Assembly: GCF_017751145.1 (NCBI RefSeq)
Contig: NZ_CP046640.1
Location: 444,137-476,136, forward strand
From: Iocasia fonsfrigidae
GTDB taxonomy: Bacteria; Bacillota; Halanaerobiia; Halanaerobiales; DTU029
Length of the DNA: 32,000 bases
Direction: 5' to 3'
This document shows, piece after piece, positions 16,210 to 24,446 of this stretch (position 1 is the stretch's first letter; each line of letters begins with the position of its first letter). The position numbers were made by a program, and so were the translations under genes. A model generated the notes under the pieces. The model was not told the DNA's origin and ran no database searches. It was given only the letters and a program-made list of their open reading frames with translations.

Positions 16210-16818
16210 GTGAGAAGATATGTAGTAGGATTTCTTTTTTTAGTAGTATTAGTGAATGTAGCTGGGAGTGTTATGGCTGTGGACAGGCTTTTGGAGATGC
16301 CGACAGCGGGGTTGATTCATGGTGATGTATTAGTTCGCGGAGAGATAATTCCGGGTTCGCACAGGAATATTGAGGGAGTTTTTGCTCTGGCTGACAGGGT
16401 TCAGTTGGGTGTTGTTGGTAATTATCTGGATAAGGATGATGAGCTGGAGACTGCTGGTAGTCTAAAGCTTCTGTTATTTGATGAGAAGGATGGTTTTCCT
16501 TCAGTTAGTATAGGGGCTAGAGAGAAAGATTTTTATTTTGTAATGAGCAAAAATCTTGGTCATGATATTAGGGCACACCTGGGGATAGGCAACGGGGAAT
16601 TTGATGGTTTGTTTCTTGGTTTTAATAAACTGATCAACCCGGTGGCTGTCCAGACTTCTTCTTCAACAGGTGTCCCCCTTCCCATTAATCTGATGGCGGA
16701 ATATGCTAATCGACAGGTTAATCTTGGTGTCAGGGTTTATTTCCGTGAAGCGATAGCTGTTGATGCCGGGTTAATGGATTTTGAGAAGGTAAAATTAGGG
16801 ATGAATTATAGTTTTTAA
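16210..16818 (+). CDS. Small predicted outer-membrane beta-barrel protein, family unknown
   Basis: I prefer the GTG at 16210 (RBS AAAGGGG), which gives 202 aa. A signal peptide MRRYVVGFLFLVVLVNVAGSVMA is present. Alternating hydrophobic strands (VNLGVRVYF, IAVDAGLMDF) and a C-terminal beta-signal KLGMNYSF ending in Phe support a barrel. Confidence 0.55.
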   Translation: MRRYVVGFLFLVVLVNVAGSVMAVDRLLEMPTAGLIHGDVLVRGEIIPGSHRNIEGVFALADRVQLGVVGNYLDKDDELETAGSLKLLLFDEKDGFPSVSIGAREKDFYFVMSKNLGHDIRAHLGIGNGEFDGLFLGFNKLINPVAVQTSSSTGVPLPINLMAEYANRQVNLGVRVYFREAIAVDAGLMDFEKVKLGMNYSF

Positions 16819-16831
16819 AATATACGGTAAG

Positions 16832-16860
16832 AAAAGTCCTCAGTAATGGGGACTTTTTCT
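16832..16860 (+). terminator. Rho-independent terminator after the small OMP gene
   Basis: AAAAGTCC-TCAGTAATGG-GGACTTTTTCTT is a stem followed by a T-run. Confidence 0.6.
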
Positions 16861-16884
16861 TGTAAAAATATAATTATAAAGATC

Positions 16885-17008
16885 GACAAATATATTTACT
16901 TCCCTTGTCGTGCGCTGCGGTGTCCTACCTCCACTTACTGTCGAGAAATTCTCCTTCGGCGTCCTGCCTACGGATAATTTCTAGAGTCGTACAGCAAATA
17001 TATTTGTC
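16885..17008 (+). repeat. 124-bp structured intergenic repeat, copy 1
   Basis: The termini are GACAAATATATTTACT...AAATATATTTGTC. Aligned by eye, most positions match copies 2 and 3. All copies have the same orientation. Confidence 0.85.
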
Positions 17009-17086
17009 TGAGTTAAGATAGAATAGTAATAATTTTTATTTTGATAAAACTCAATTCATTTACCATATATTGCATAGCACTGGGCG

Positions 17087-17116
17087 TTTACAGGTGCTTG
17101 TGGCTGATGGTATAAT
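17087..17116 (+). promoter_or_regulatory. Sigma-A-type promoter for the ABC-lpxC operon
   Basis: TTTACA (17087-17092), 18 nt, then an extended -10 TGGTATAAT (-10 hexamer at 17111-17116). The RBS AGGGGTGA and the ATG at 17143 follow about 12-27 nt downstream. Confidence 0.5.
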
Positions 17117-17142
17117 ATTTGTTAGATAGGGGTGACAGATAT

Positions 17143-19491
17143 ATGTTTTGGATGAAAACTGCTTTCAGGAAAGATATCTTTTTACTGATGGCTGCTGCTA
17201 TTCTGCTGGGGGTTATCCTGGCTCTGGCTGGGGGTTATCTCGCTGATAATTATTTTGCTAATATGGTCAGCGGTCTTATTGGTGATTCTGGAGAATATGA
17301 CCTTTTGTTTACTATCTCCAGTGATAAGGAAGATATCGCTATAGAGCAGATTAAAAATATAGCTGCTGATACTCTCCCGGGTTCTTCTTTTAAGACAGGA
17401 CCTAAGGTGGCAGGGAGTAGTAATTACTTATTGAAAATACCTGATAAATATAAGAATGAAGAGGTATATGTTAATCTGGGCAAATATTTCTCTGATATCC
17501 CTGGGTTAATGAGCAAGACTATCATGACAGAACCGAAACTGTCTATCAGAGGTTTCAGGGGGGATACTCTGCCGGTTATTAGACCACTTATAGCTGAGAT
17601 AGAGGGAATAGACTTTATCTATCCTAGTAGTGATGGCCTTGATATTATTGTAAAAAAACCGGAGTTTCTTACTGAAGTTAAGAAAGAGATAAATAGTATT
17701 CTGAGTAATTATCATATCCTGGAGGTCAGATATCCCCTCAACCAGCACCCGTCTAACCTCGGCCAGTTGAGGGGAGAGGTTGTTGAACTGGTAGAGGGTA
17801 ACCTTGATGAGGTTATTGATGTGACGATCAGTAATGAGTCAGATCGGGTTTCTCTTTTGACCAGTTTAAAACAGATGAAGACTTTTCTGATGTCCTATGC
17901 TACTAAAGTGCTTATTAGTGATCTTGAAAATAGTGAGGCTGTTCTGGAAGGGAGTACCCTGCTGGCCAGTAATGAAGATGGTGAGCAATTTGTCCTGGAG
18001 GTAATCAGTAATACTGATCAGCAGGTCATTGCTCTGGTTCAGGAGGGGAGTATTAATAAACCCATTTCTCTGGAGGTTTATTTTCAGGACTATGGGGATG
18101 AGGTAAAATACCTGGGTAAAGGCATAGTAGATAACCCGCGCCAGGAGCTGGCTGATGCCCTGGAACAACTTAATGAAATAGCCCCTAAACTGGAGGGTTT
18201 CCTGGAACAGAGTGAACAGCTTGTTGAGTTTAGTAATATGCTCAGTGAGGATTTAGCGGGGATAAATGATGGTTTAGGTCAACTGGAAAATACCAGTCAG
18301 AAACTGAGCAGTTCTCTAGAAGAATGGCAGCAGGAGGGGCTGTCAAACTTTCTGTCTGAGTTACTGGGTATCCTTGATGATATTAAGAAAAATACAGGTG
18401 ATATTACAGATATTCAGCGGGAGCTGGTTATGACCAGTAATAATCTAAAAGAAGGTGCTGCACTGATTGAAGAAAAGATAGCCTATGTGCCGCGTAGTAA
18501 CGGTATGTATCAGCAGTTAGATGAACTGAAAGATATCTTTCTACGGCTTTCTGAAGGTTTAGATGATAATTATGACCTGGTGGCCATGAGACTGGCAGAT
18601 ATGGATCCGGTTCTAAGTTCTATTGGGAGCTGGGAGGAAAAGATTGCTTCACTACTCAAGGTTGAGGAGACCTTAAATAGTGGGGCGAACTGGCAGGAGA
18701 TCGAAGGGATTATTGCAGACATTGATCAGACTGCCAGGATTATAGATGCCAGTCAATTACAGGATAAGCTGACATCTATTCAGGAATTACTACAGGACTT
18801 AAATACCAACCGCTTACCTGTTGTTTTGAATCAACTCTCTTATATTCAGAATTCATTACCTGATCTTGAAGAATCTGAGATTGTTGAGACGATTAATTTG
18901 ATTGATAGTTATATAGCTGGTCAGGTGATTCCAGGTGATCAGATTCAACTGTTAATTAAAGGAAAATATAATAGCAAGGGGCTTGTTAATAAGATAGAAG
19001 GGGTTGTAAACAACCCGACTGTTACCTATATAGAGATGGATGCCGGGGTTTTACAGCCCAATACACGGGGGGAGATTTTTAATGTCTTAAACCAGGTCAG
19101 GGCTGTTATTTCAACAATTGTTGCTTTTGTATTTACTATACTGGTAATGATTATGGATCAATCATTGATTATAAGTACACTGAGGCTTAATGGCAGCAGG
19201 GGATATTTTTATGGTTTTGTAAGTGGGGGTTTAATCTTTAGTTTGATCTGCCTGCTGAGTGGGATAGATTTTCCTTATCTTAATTTTAGTACAGAATTTA
19301 TTGTCGGTGGTTTGTCAGGTGTTTTGATCGCATTTTTATCTAAGATGCTTAATCCAGTAGATAGAGAAGAATGGGAGGCAGGTAAGGCTCTGGGTTTTTC
19401 CACAGCAGAGATAATGCATGAGATTATTATACCGGCTGGTAAACCTGGATTACTCTACCTAATGAATTACCCCAGAATTATTTTTAAATAA
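17143..19491 (+). CDS. Atypical ABC-transporter membrane component: TM1, extracytoplasmic domain of about 610 aa, 3 TM helices, C-terminal EAA coupling loop
   Basis: I prefer the ATG at 17143, because the TTG at 17119 lies upstream of the predicted TSS. TM1 is IFLLMAAAILLGVILALAGGYLA. The large soluble region has a helical L..G / L...L heptad-like stretch of about 250 aa (LSEDLAGINDGLGQLENTSQKLSSSLEEW...). Three C-terminal TMs follow. Then EAGKALGFSTAEIMHEIIIP (nt 19375-19434) fits EAA-x3-G-x9-I-x-LP. Only 18 residues follow the motif. Confidence 0.6.
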   Translation: MFWMKTAFRKDIFLLMAAAILLGVILALAGGYLADNYFANMVSGLIGDSGEYDLLFTISSDKEDIAIEQIKNIAADTLPGSSFKTGPKVAGSSNYLLKIPDKYKNEEVYVNLGKYFSDIPGLMSKTIMTEPKLSIRGFRGDTLPVIRPLIAEIEGIDFIYPSSDGLDIIVKKPEFLTEVKKEINSILSNYHILEVRYPLNQHPSNLGQLRGEVVELVEGNLDEVIDVTISNESDRVSLLTSLKQMKTFLMSYATKVLISDLENSEAVLEGSTLLASNEDGEQFVLEVISNTDQQVIALVQEGSINKPISLEVYFQDYGDEVKYLGKGIVDNPRQELADALEQLNEIAPKLEGFLEQSEQLVEFSNMLSEDLAGINDGLGQLENTSQKLSSSLEEWQQEGLSNFLSELLGILDDIKKNTGDITDIQRELVMTSNNLKEGAALIEEKIAYVPRSNGMYQQLDELKDIFLRLSEGLDDNYDLVAMRLADMDPVLSSIGSWEEKIASLLKVEETLNSGANWQEIEGIIADIDQTARIIDASQLQDKLTSIQELLQDLNTNRLPVVLNQLSYIQNSLPDLEESEIVETINLIDSYIAGQVIPGDQIQLLIKGKYNSKGLVNKIEGVVNNPTVTYIEMDAGVLQPNTRGEIFNVLNQVRAVISTIVAFVFTILVMIMDQSLIISTLRLNGSRGYFYGFVSGGLIFSLICLLSGIDFPYLNFSTEFIVGGLSGVLIAFLSKMLNPVDREEWEAGKALGFSTAEIMHEIIIPAGKPGLLYLMNYPRIIFK

Positions 19492-19521
19492 GATATTATT
19501 AAATCCCCAGGAGGGAGTATA

Positions 19522-20253
19522 ATGCTGAGGATAAAAGGTTTGAAAAAAAGCTTTAATAATGATATAGTATTAGATGAAATAGACTTTGAACTCAGGTCAG
19601 GTGAGATTACTGCTGTTATGGGGCCGAGTGGTTGTGGAAAATCAACTTTTATCCGTTCAATTAACAGACTTGTTGAACCTGATGATGGAGAGATATTTTT
19701 TAGGGACATACCGGTTCACCAGCTTACCCAGGATAAACTGGAAGGAGTCAGGCAGAATATTGGTTTTGTCTTCCAGCATTTCAATCTAATTAAACGCCTG
19801 GATGTCAAACAGAACGTTGCCCTGGGCCTTATTAAAAAGGGTTATTCAGTAGCTGAGGCCTGTGAAAAGGCAGTTCTTGCCCTGGCTGATGTGGGCCTGG
19901 CAGAGATGGGTGATGCCAGTGTATTAAACCTGAGTGGTGGTGAGAAACAGCGAGTTGGTATTGCCCGGGCCCTTGTGCTGGAACCTGAGCTGATCCTCTT
20001 TGATGAACCAACAGCTTCACTTGACCCGATACTGGTTAGAGAGGTTCTTGATGTTCTGGAGGATATTGTTGTTCGGAAACGCACTTCGATGATAATAGTT
20101 ACCCATGAAGTGACATTTGCCCGTAGAGTAGCTGATCAGGTTTATTTTATGGATAAGGGAAAATTTGTTGAATCAGGAAAACCAACAACGGTTTTTGAAA
20201 ATCCAGGCTCCTGGATAGGTAAAAAATATAAAAAAATTATCAATTATACTTAA
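19522..20253 (+). CDS. ABC transporter ATP-binding protein (GlnQ/MetN-like subfamily)
   Basis: Motifs present: Walker A GPSGCGKST, Q-loop FQHFNL, signature LSGGEKQRVGIARAL, Walker B LILFDEPTASLDP and H-loop IVTHE. The NRLVEPDDGEI pattern is typical of ATPases that partner with EAA-loop permeases. Confidence 0.88.
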   Translation: MLRIKGLKKSFNNDIVLDEIDFELRSGEITAVMGPSGCGKSTFIRSINRLVEPDDGEIFFRDIPVHQLTQDKLEGVRQNIGFVFQHFNLIKRLDVKQNVALGLIKKGYSVAEACEKAVLALADVGLAEMGDASVLNLSGGEKQRVGIARALVLEPELILFDEPTASLDPILVREVLDVLEDIVVRKRTSMIIVTHEVTFARRVADQVYFMDKGKFVESGKPTTVFENPGSWIGKKYKKIINYT

Positions 20254-20328
20254 AAATAATAAAAATATGCAGGAGTTTTTATATTGCTTATTGAATTAAA
20301 GAAGATAGATATTAGAAGGAGGGGGAAA

Positions 20329-21210
20329 ATGACTAAGGGAGGTAGTTTTCAAAAGACAATCACTAAAGCAATAAATTATTCAGGTACTGCGCTTCACAGC
20401 GGTAAAGAAGTAAGTATTAAATGCCTTCCTGCTAAAGCTGATCGGGGTATTGTATTTCGCCGGGTAGACCTGCCGGGTAGTCCGGAGATTAAGGCAGATC
20501 CGTTAAATGTAGTTTCTACCAGGAGATGTACCAGTATTGGCTTGAGTACTAATGAAGAAGCCAGGGTACACACTATAGAACATATTATGTCAGCTTTATG
20601 GGCTATGGGTGTTGATAATGCTATTATAGAGATTGATAATGCTGAGACCCCTGTTGGTGATGGTAGTGCCCTTCCCTTTATTGATTTGATTAAACAGGCT
20701 ACTATCAGGGAATTAGCTGTACCACGTATGAGCTGGCAGATAGAAGAACCAGTTTCAGTTAAAAAAGGGGATATGTATATGGTTGCCCTGCCCTATGATG
20801 GGTTTAAAATAAGTTATACCCTTCATTATGACCACCCTGTGATTGGTTCACAGTTTAGGGAGTTTGACATGGGTAGGGATTCCTTTATAGATGATTTTGC
20901 TCCGGCAAGGACCTTTGGTTTTGAGAGGGAGATTGAGACCCTTCATAGAAGAGGACTGGCCTTAGGGGGAAGTCTGGAGAATGCTGTTTTGATTGGCGAA
21001 GAGGGAACTGTAAATCCCCTGCGTTTCTCTGATGAGTTTGCCAGACATAAGGTGCTTGATGTTGTCGGTGATATGGCCTTAAACGGTTATATTCGCGGGC
21101 ACATTATTTCTGTTAAATCAGGACATTACCTACATGTAGAACTGGCTAAAGAAATAAAGAAAAGGTTTGTTATTGAAGAGGAGGTAGAAGTAAGTAATGA
21201 TGTATATTAA
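20329..21210 (+). CDS. lpxC: UDP-3-O-acyl-N-acetylglucosamine deacetylase LpxC
   Basis: QKTI...SGTALHSGKEV.I...PA.ADRGIVFRRVDL, HTIEHIMSAL, TFGFE.EIE.L...GLALGGSLENAV and FARHKVLDVVGDMAL are LpxC zinc and active-site blocks. I prefer the ATG at 20329, which has a GGAGGGGG RBS. Confidence 0.93.
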   Translation: MTKGGSFQKTITKAINYSGTALHSGKEVSIKCLPAKADRGIVFRRVDLPGSPEIKADPLNVVSTRRCTSIGLSTNEEARVHTIEHIMSALWAMGVDNAIIEIDNAETPVGDGSALPFIDLIKQATIRELAVPRMSWQIEEPVSVKKGDMYMVALPYDGFKISYTLHYDHPVIGSQFREFDMGRDSFIDDFAPARTFGFEREIETLHRRGLALGGSLENAVLIGEEGTVNPLRFSDEFARHKVLDVVGDMALNGYIRGHIISVKSGHYLHVELAKEIKKRFVIEEEVEVSNDVY

Positions 21211-21625
21211 TGAGATTCAGGAAATATTACCACACCGATATCCTTTTTTACTGGTAGACAGGATAGTGGAATTGAAAGAGGAAAAGGTTGTTGGTCTTAA
21301 GAATGTAACAATGAATGAAGAATTTTTTCAGGGGCATTATCCAGGACACCCTATTATGCCTGGTGTTTTAATTGTAGAATCAATGGCCCAAGTATCAGGT
21401 TTTTTATTGATGCACAGTCATAGTGATCTGGAAGATAAGATACCACTATTTGCAGGTATTGATAAGGTCAGGATCCGCCGGCCGGTTATACCTGGCGACA
21501 CCTTAAAGATTGAGGCTGAAATTATCAGGGCCAGGGGTCGAATTGCTAAAGTTTTGGCCAATGCCTATGTGGAAGATAAACTAGTGACTGAGGCAGAATT
21601 GATGTTTGCCTTTGAAGATAAATAG
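21197..21625 (+). CDS. fabZ: 3-hydroxyacyl-ACP dehydratase FabZ
   Basis: ILPHRYPFLLVDRIVEL...FFQGHYPGHPIMPGVLIVESMAQV is the FabZ hot-dog signature. The gene overlaps the lpxC stop by 14 nt. Confidence 0.93.
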   Translation: MMYINEIQEILPHRYPFLLVDRIVELKEEKVVGLKNVTMNEEFFQGHYPGHPIMPGVLIVESMAQVSGFLLMHSHSDLEDKIPLFAGIDKVRIRRPVIPGDTLKIEAEIIRARGRIAKVLANAYVEDKLVTEAELMFAFEDK

Positions 21626-21674
21626 AAGGGAGAGAGGGGTTTTGAGTCAAAGAGCGGAAAGGAAACTGCTCCAT

Positions 21675-22451
21675 ATGGCTGATATACATTCAACAGCCAT
21701 TATTAAGCCTGGAGCAAAACTTGGTAAGGGTGTAGAGATAGGCCCTTACAGTATTATTGGAGAGAATGTTGAGATAGGGGAGGGTACAAAAGTTGGTCCA
21801 CATGTACTCATAGAAGGCTGGACCAAGCTAGGTAAGAATAATCAAATTTTTCACGGGGCCTCGATAGGTCTGGAACCACAGGATATGAAATTCAAGGGTG
21901 AAGAGAGTTATCTCTTTATCGGTGATAATAATACTATCCGGGAAAATGCTACCATACACCGTGGAACAGAAGAGGGTGGTGGGGAGACCTGGATTGGTAA
22001 TGATAACCTAATTATGGCTTATTGTCATGTGGCTCATGATTGTCAACTGGGTAATCATATTATTATGTCAAATGCTACTAATTTAGCTGGACATGTTATT
22101 GTTGAAGATTATGCTGTACTTACCGGTTTAACTGGTATCCATCAGTTTGTTAGAATAGGTAAGATGGCTATGGTTGGTGCCCATTCCAAGGTGGTTAAGG
22201 ATGTACCACCTTATGTTTTAGTAGACGGCCACCCGGCCCGGGTCAATGGTATTAATGTAGTCGGCCTGCGGCGCAATGGTGTTTCGCCAGAATTAAGGTC
22301 AGAGATAAAGCGGGCATATAAATTACTTTATCGTTCCAATCTTAATATCTCTCAGGCCATTGAAAAAATGGATCAAGAACTGGATGCCAGTGAAGAGATA
22401 GAACACTTTCTGCGGTTTTTACGGAATGCTCAGCGCGGTATCTGTAGGTAG
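21675..22451 (+). CDS. lpxA: Acyl-ACP--UDP-N-acetylglucosamine O-acyltransferase LpxA
   Basis: IHSTAIIKPGAKLGKGVEIGPYSIIGENVEIGEGT is followed by a hexapeptide beta-helix, then HVAHDC.LGN, then the C-terminal helical domain (NVVGLRRNG...AYKLLYRS). The ATG at 21675 fits homologues best. The TTG at 21642 is an alternative start. Confidence 0.9.
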   Translation: MADIHSTAIIKPGAKLGKGVEIGPYSIIGENVEIGEGTKVGPHVLIEGWTKLGKNNQIFHGASIGLEPQDMKFKGEESYLFIGDNNTIRENATIHRGTEEGGGETWIGNDNLIMAYCHVAHDCQLGNHIIMSNATNLAGHVIVEDYAVLTGLTGIHQFVRIGKMAMVGAHSKVVKDVPPYVLVDGHPARVNGINVVGLRRNGVSPELRSEIKRAYKLLYRSNLNISQAIEKMDQELDASEEIEHFLRFLRNAQRGICR

Positions 22452-22462
22452 TGTGATTTGAT

Positions 22463-23275
22463 ATGTCCAGGATAGGTTTGCTTGCTGGTAAAGGACGCTT
22501 GCCATTTATCTGGGCGAAAGCAGCCCAGCAAAATGGACATGAGGTATATATTTATAGATTAATAAAAGAAGAGAAAAGAGAGCTGGAGGGAATTGCTGAT
22601 CAGGTAAGAGATATTAATGTTGCTGCCCTGGATGAACTTATCAATACCATTAAAGCAGACGGCATTAAAGAATTAGTTATGATTGGTAAGGTCGAAAAAA
22701 CACTGCTTTTTCAGGGTGTTCAACTAGATCAGAGGATGGAGAGACTCCTGGCAGGGCTTGATGTCCTTCAGGATGATAATATTATGCTGGCTTTTGTGGC
22801 AGAACTGGCCAGTGAGGGTATTAAAGTAATAGATCAGGCTACTTATATAAGGGAATTGTTTCCTGAAGCAGGATTATTAACTTCAGGCAAACCTGATGAG
22901 CAATTACTTTCAGATATGAAGTACGGCTTTCAGATAGCCCGTGAGATAGGCAGGCTGGATATTGGACAGACGGTTGTTGTTAAAAACAAGGCTGTACTGG
23001 CTGTTGAAGCTATTGAGGGCACTGACCTGGCCATAAAACGCGCTGGTCAGCTCGGTGGTCCAGGGGCTGTGGTTGCTAAAGTGAGTAAACCACAGCAGGA
23101 CTGGCGGTTTGATATACCAACAATTGGTGAAACAACTATTAGAAATTTAATAGAGATTAATGCCAGAGGGCTGGTCATAGAAGCCGGTAAGACTTTTATA
23201 ATCGAACAGGAGAGCTTAATTAAGGAAGCAGAGAGACATGGTATTATAATTATGGCTATGGAAGCTTCAGGTTAG
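22463..23275 (+). CDS. lpxI: UDP-2,3-diacylglucosamine pyrophosphatase LpxI (DUF1009 family)
   Basis: IGLLAGKGRLP..., DIGQTVVVKNKAVLAVEAIEGTDLAIKRAG, VVAKVSKPQQDWRFDIPTIG..T and GLVIEAGKT.II are the LpxI pattern. Its position between lpxA and lpxB matches lpxI-type clusters, which lack lpxH. Confidence 0.8.
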   Translation: MSRIGLLAGKGRLPFIWAKAAQQNGHEVYIYRLIKEEKRELEGIADQVRDINVAALDELINTIKADGIKELVMIGKVEKTLLFQGVQLDQRMERLLAGLDVLQDDNIMLAFVAELASEGIKVIDQATYIRELFPEAGLLTSGKPDEQLLSDMKYGFQIAREIGRLDIGQTVVVKNKAVLAVEAIEGTDLAIKRAGQLGGPGAVVAKVSKPQQDWRFDIPTIGETTIRNLIEINARGLVIEAGKTFIIEQESLIKEAERHGIIIMAMEASG

Positions 23276-23279
23276 TGAG

Positions 23280-24425
23280 GTGGGCCTTTTGGGTAAGATA
23301 ATGGTTGTTACAGGTGAAGTCTCCGGTGATATGCATGCTGCACAGGTGGTAAAGGCTATTAAGGAGATTGCACCTGATATTACTTTTTATGGGATGGGTT
23401 CTACATTTTTAAAAAAAGAGGGTGTCGAGATATTAATTGACCCGGGGGAACTGAGTACGATTGGTTTTATTGAAGCTTTTAAGAACACCAGACAGCACTT
23501 AGCCAATCTCAGGCTCCTTAAAAAGAGTGTTAAGGAGAGGAGACCAGACCTTATCTTACTGGTAGACAACTCTGGGTTTAATATGCTGCTGGCCCGTGCG
23601 GTTAGTAGACTCGGTGTCCCGCTTGTTAATTACTTTAGTCCTTCTGCCTGGGTGTGGGGCAGCTGGCGGGCCGGATGGATGACCCGCTATCGAGCAACAA
23701 TTGCCTCTGTCTTTCCCATGGAAGCCGAAGTATACCGTCGGGCAGGAGCTGACGTAGAGTTTGTAGGTCACCCGCTCCTGGATATGGTCAGGGTAAATAA
23801 GGAAAAAGAGGAGATCTGTCATGATTTAGAATTATCCCCTGATAGACCGGTTATCGGTCTTCTACCGGGGAGTCGCCGACAGGAAGTAGAAAAACTCCTT
23901 CCTGATATGTTGGAGGCAGCAGCAGAACTTGCTAAAGAGAATAAAGGGTATCAATTTGTGCTACCTCTGGCTGATGGTATTGACAGGTCATTTGTCGCCA
24001 GGAGAGCTGCCAGGTACAGCTTGGTAGTTAAACTGGTTGAGGGCTTTTCTCATGAGGTAATGAAGATTGCTGCTGTGCTGGTTACAGCTTCAGGGACAGC
24101 TACTCTGGAGGCAGCAATTATCGGTACACCGATGTTGATCGTCTATCGGACCAGTGCCTCTACCTATTGGTTGGCTACTAAGCTGATGAAGACTGACTAT
24201 GTTGGCCTGCCCAATATAATTGCTGGTAAAGAGATAGTACCAGAATTAATTCAGCAGAATTTGACAGCTGACAGGATACTCTTTGAGCTGAAGTGTCTGC
24301 TGGAGAGTCCTTTTGCACTCAGAGAAGCTAGAGAACAACTAGCAGGGGTCAAACAGAAACTGGGCTCTAGTGGTGCTGTCAGGCGTGTTGCTGAACTGGT
24401 ATTGAAGAAAGCTAATTTGTCTTAA
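23280..24425 (+). CDS. lpxB: Lipid-A-disaccharide synthase LpxB
   Basis: KIMVVTGEVSGDMHAA..., LILLVDNSGFN, VNYFSPSAWVWG..R, LLPGSRRQEV and ASGTATLEAAI.GTPMLIVYR form the GT19 LpxB signature. The start is uncertain (GTG 23280, TTG 23289, or ATG 23301). Confidence 0.9.
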   Translation: MGLLGKIMVVTGEVSGDMHAAQVVKAIKEIAPDITFYGMGSTFLKKEGVEILIDPGELSTIGFIEAFKNTRQHLANLRLLKKSVKERRPDLILLVDNSGFNMLLARAVSRLGVPLVNYFSPSAWVWGSWRAGWMTRYRATIASVFPMEAEVYRRAGADVEFVGHPLLDMVRVNKEKEEICHDLELSPDRPVIGLLPGSRRQEVEKLLPDMLEAAAELAKENKGYQFVLPLADGIDRSFVARRAARYSLVVKLVEGFSHEVMKIAAVLVTASGTATLEAAIIGTPMLIVYRTSASTYWLATKLMKTDYVGLPNIIAGKEIVPELIQQNLTADRILFELKCLLESPFALREAREQLAGVKQKLGSSGAVRRVAELVLKKANLS

Positions 24426-24446
24426 GATAATTATGAATATATCTTC

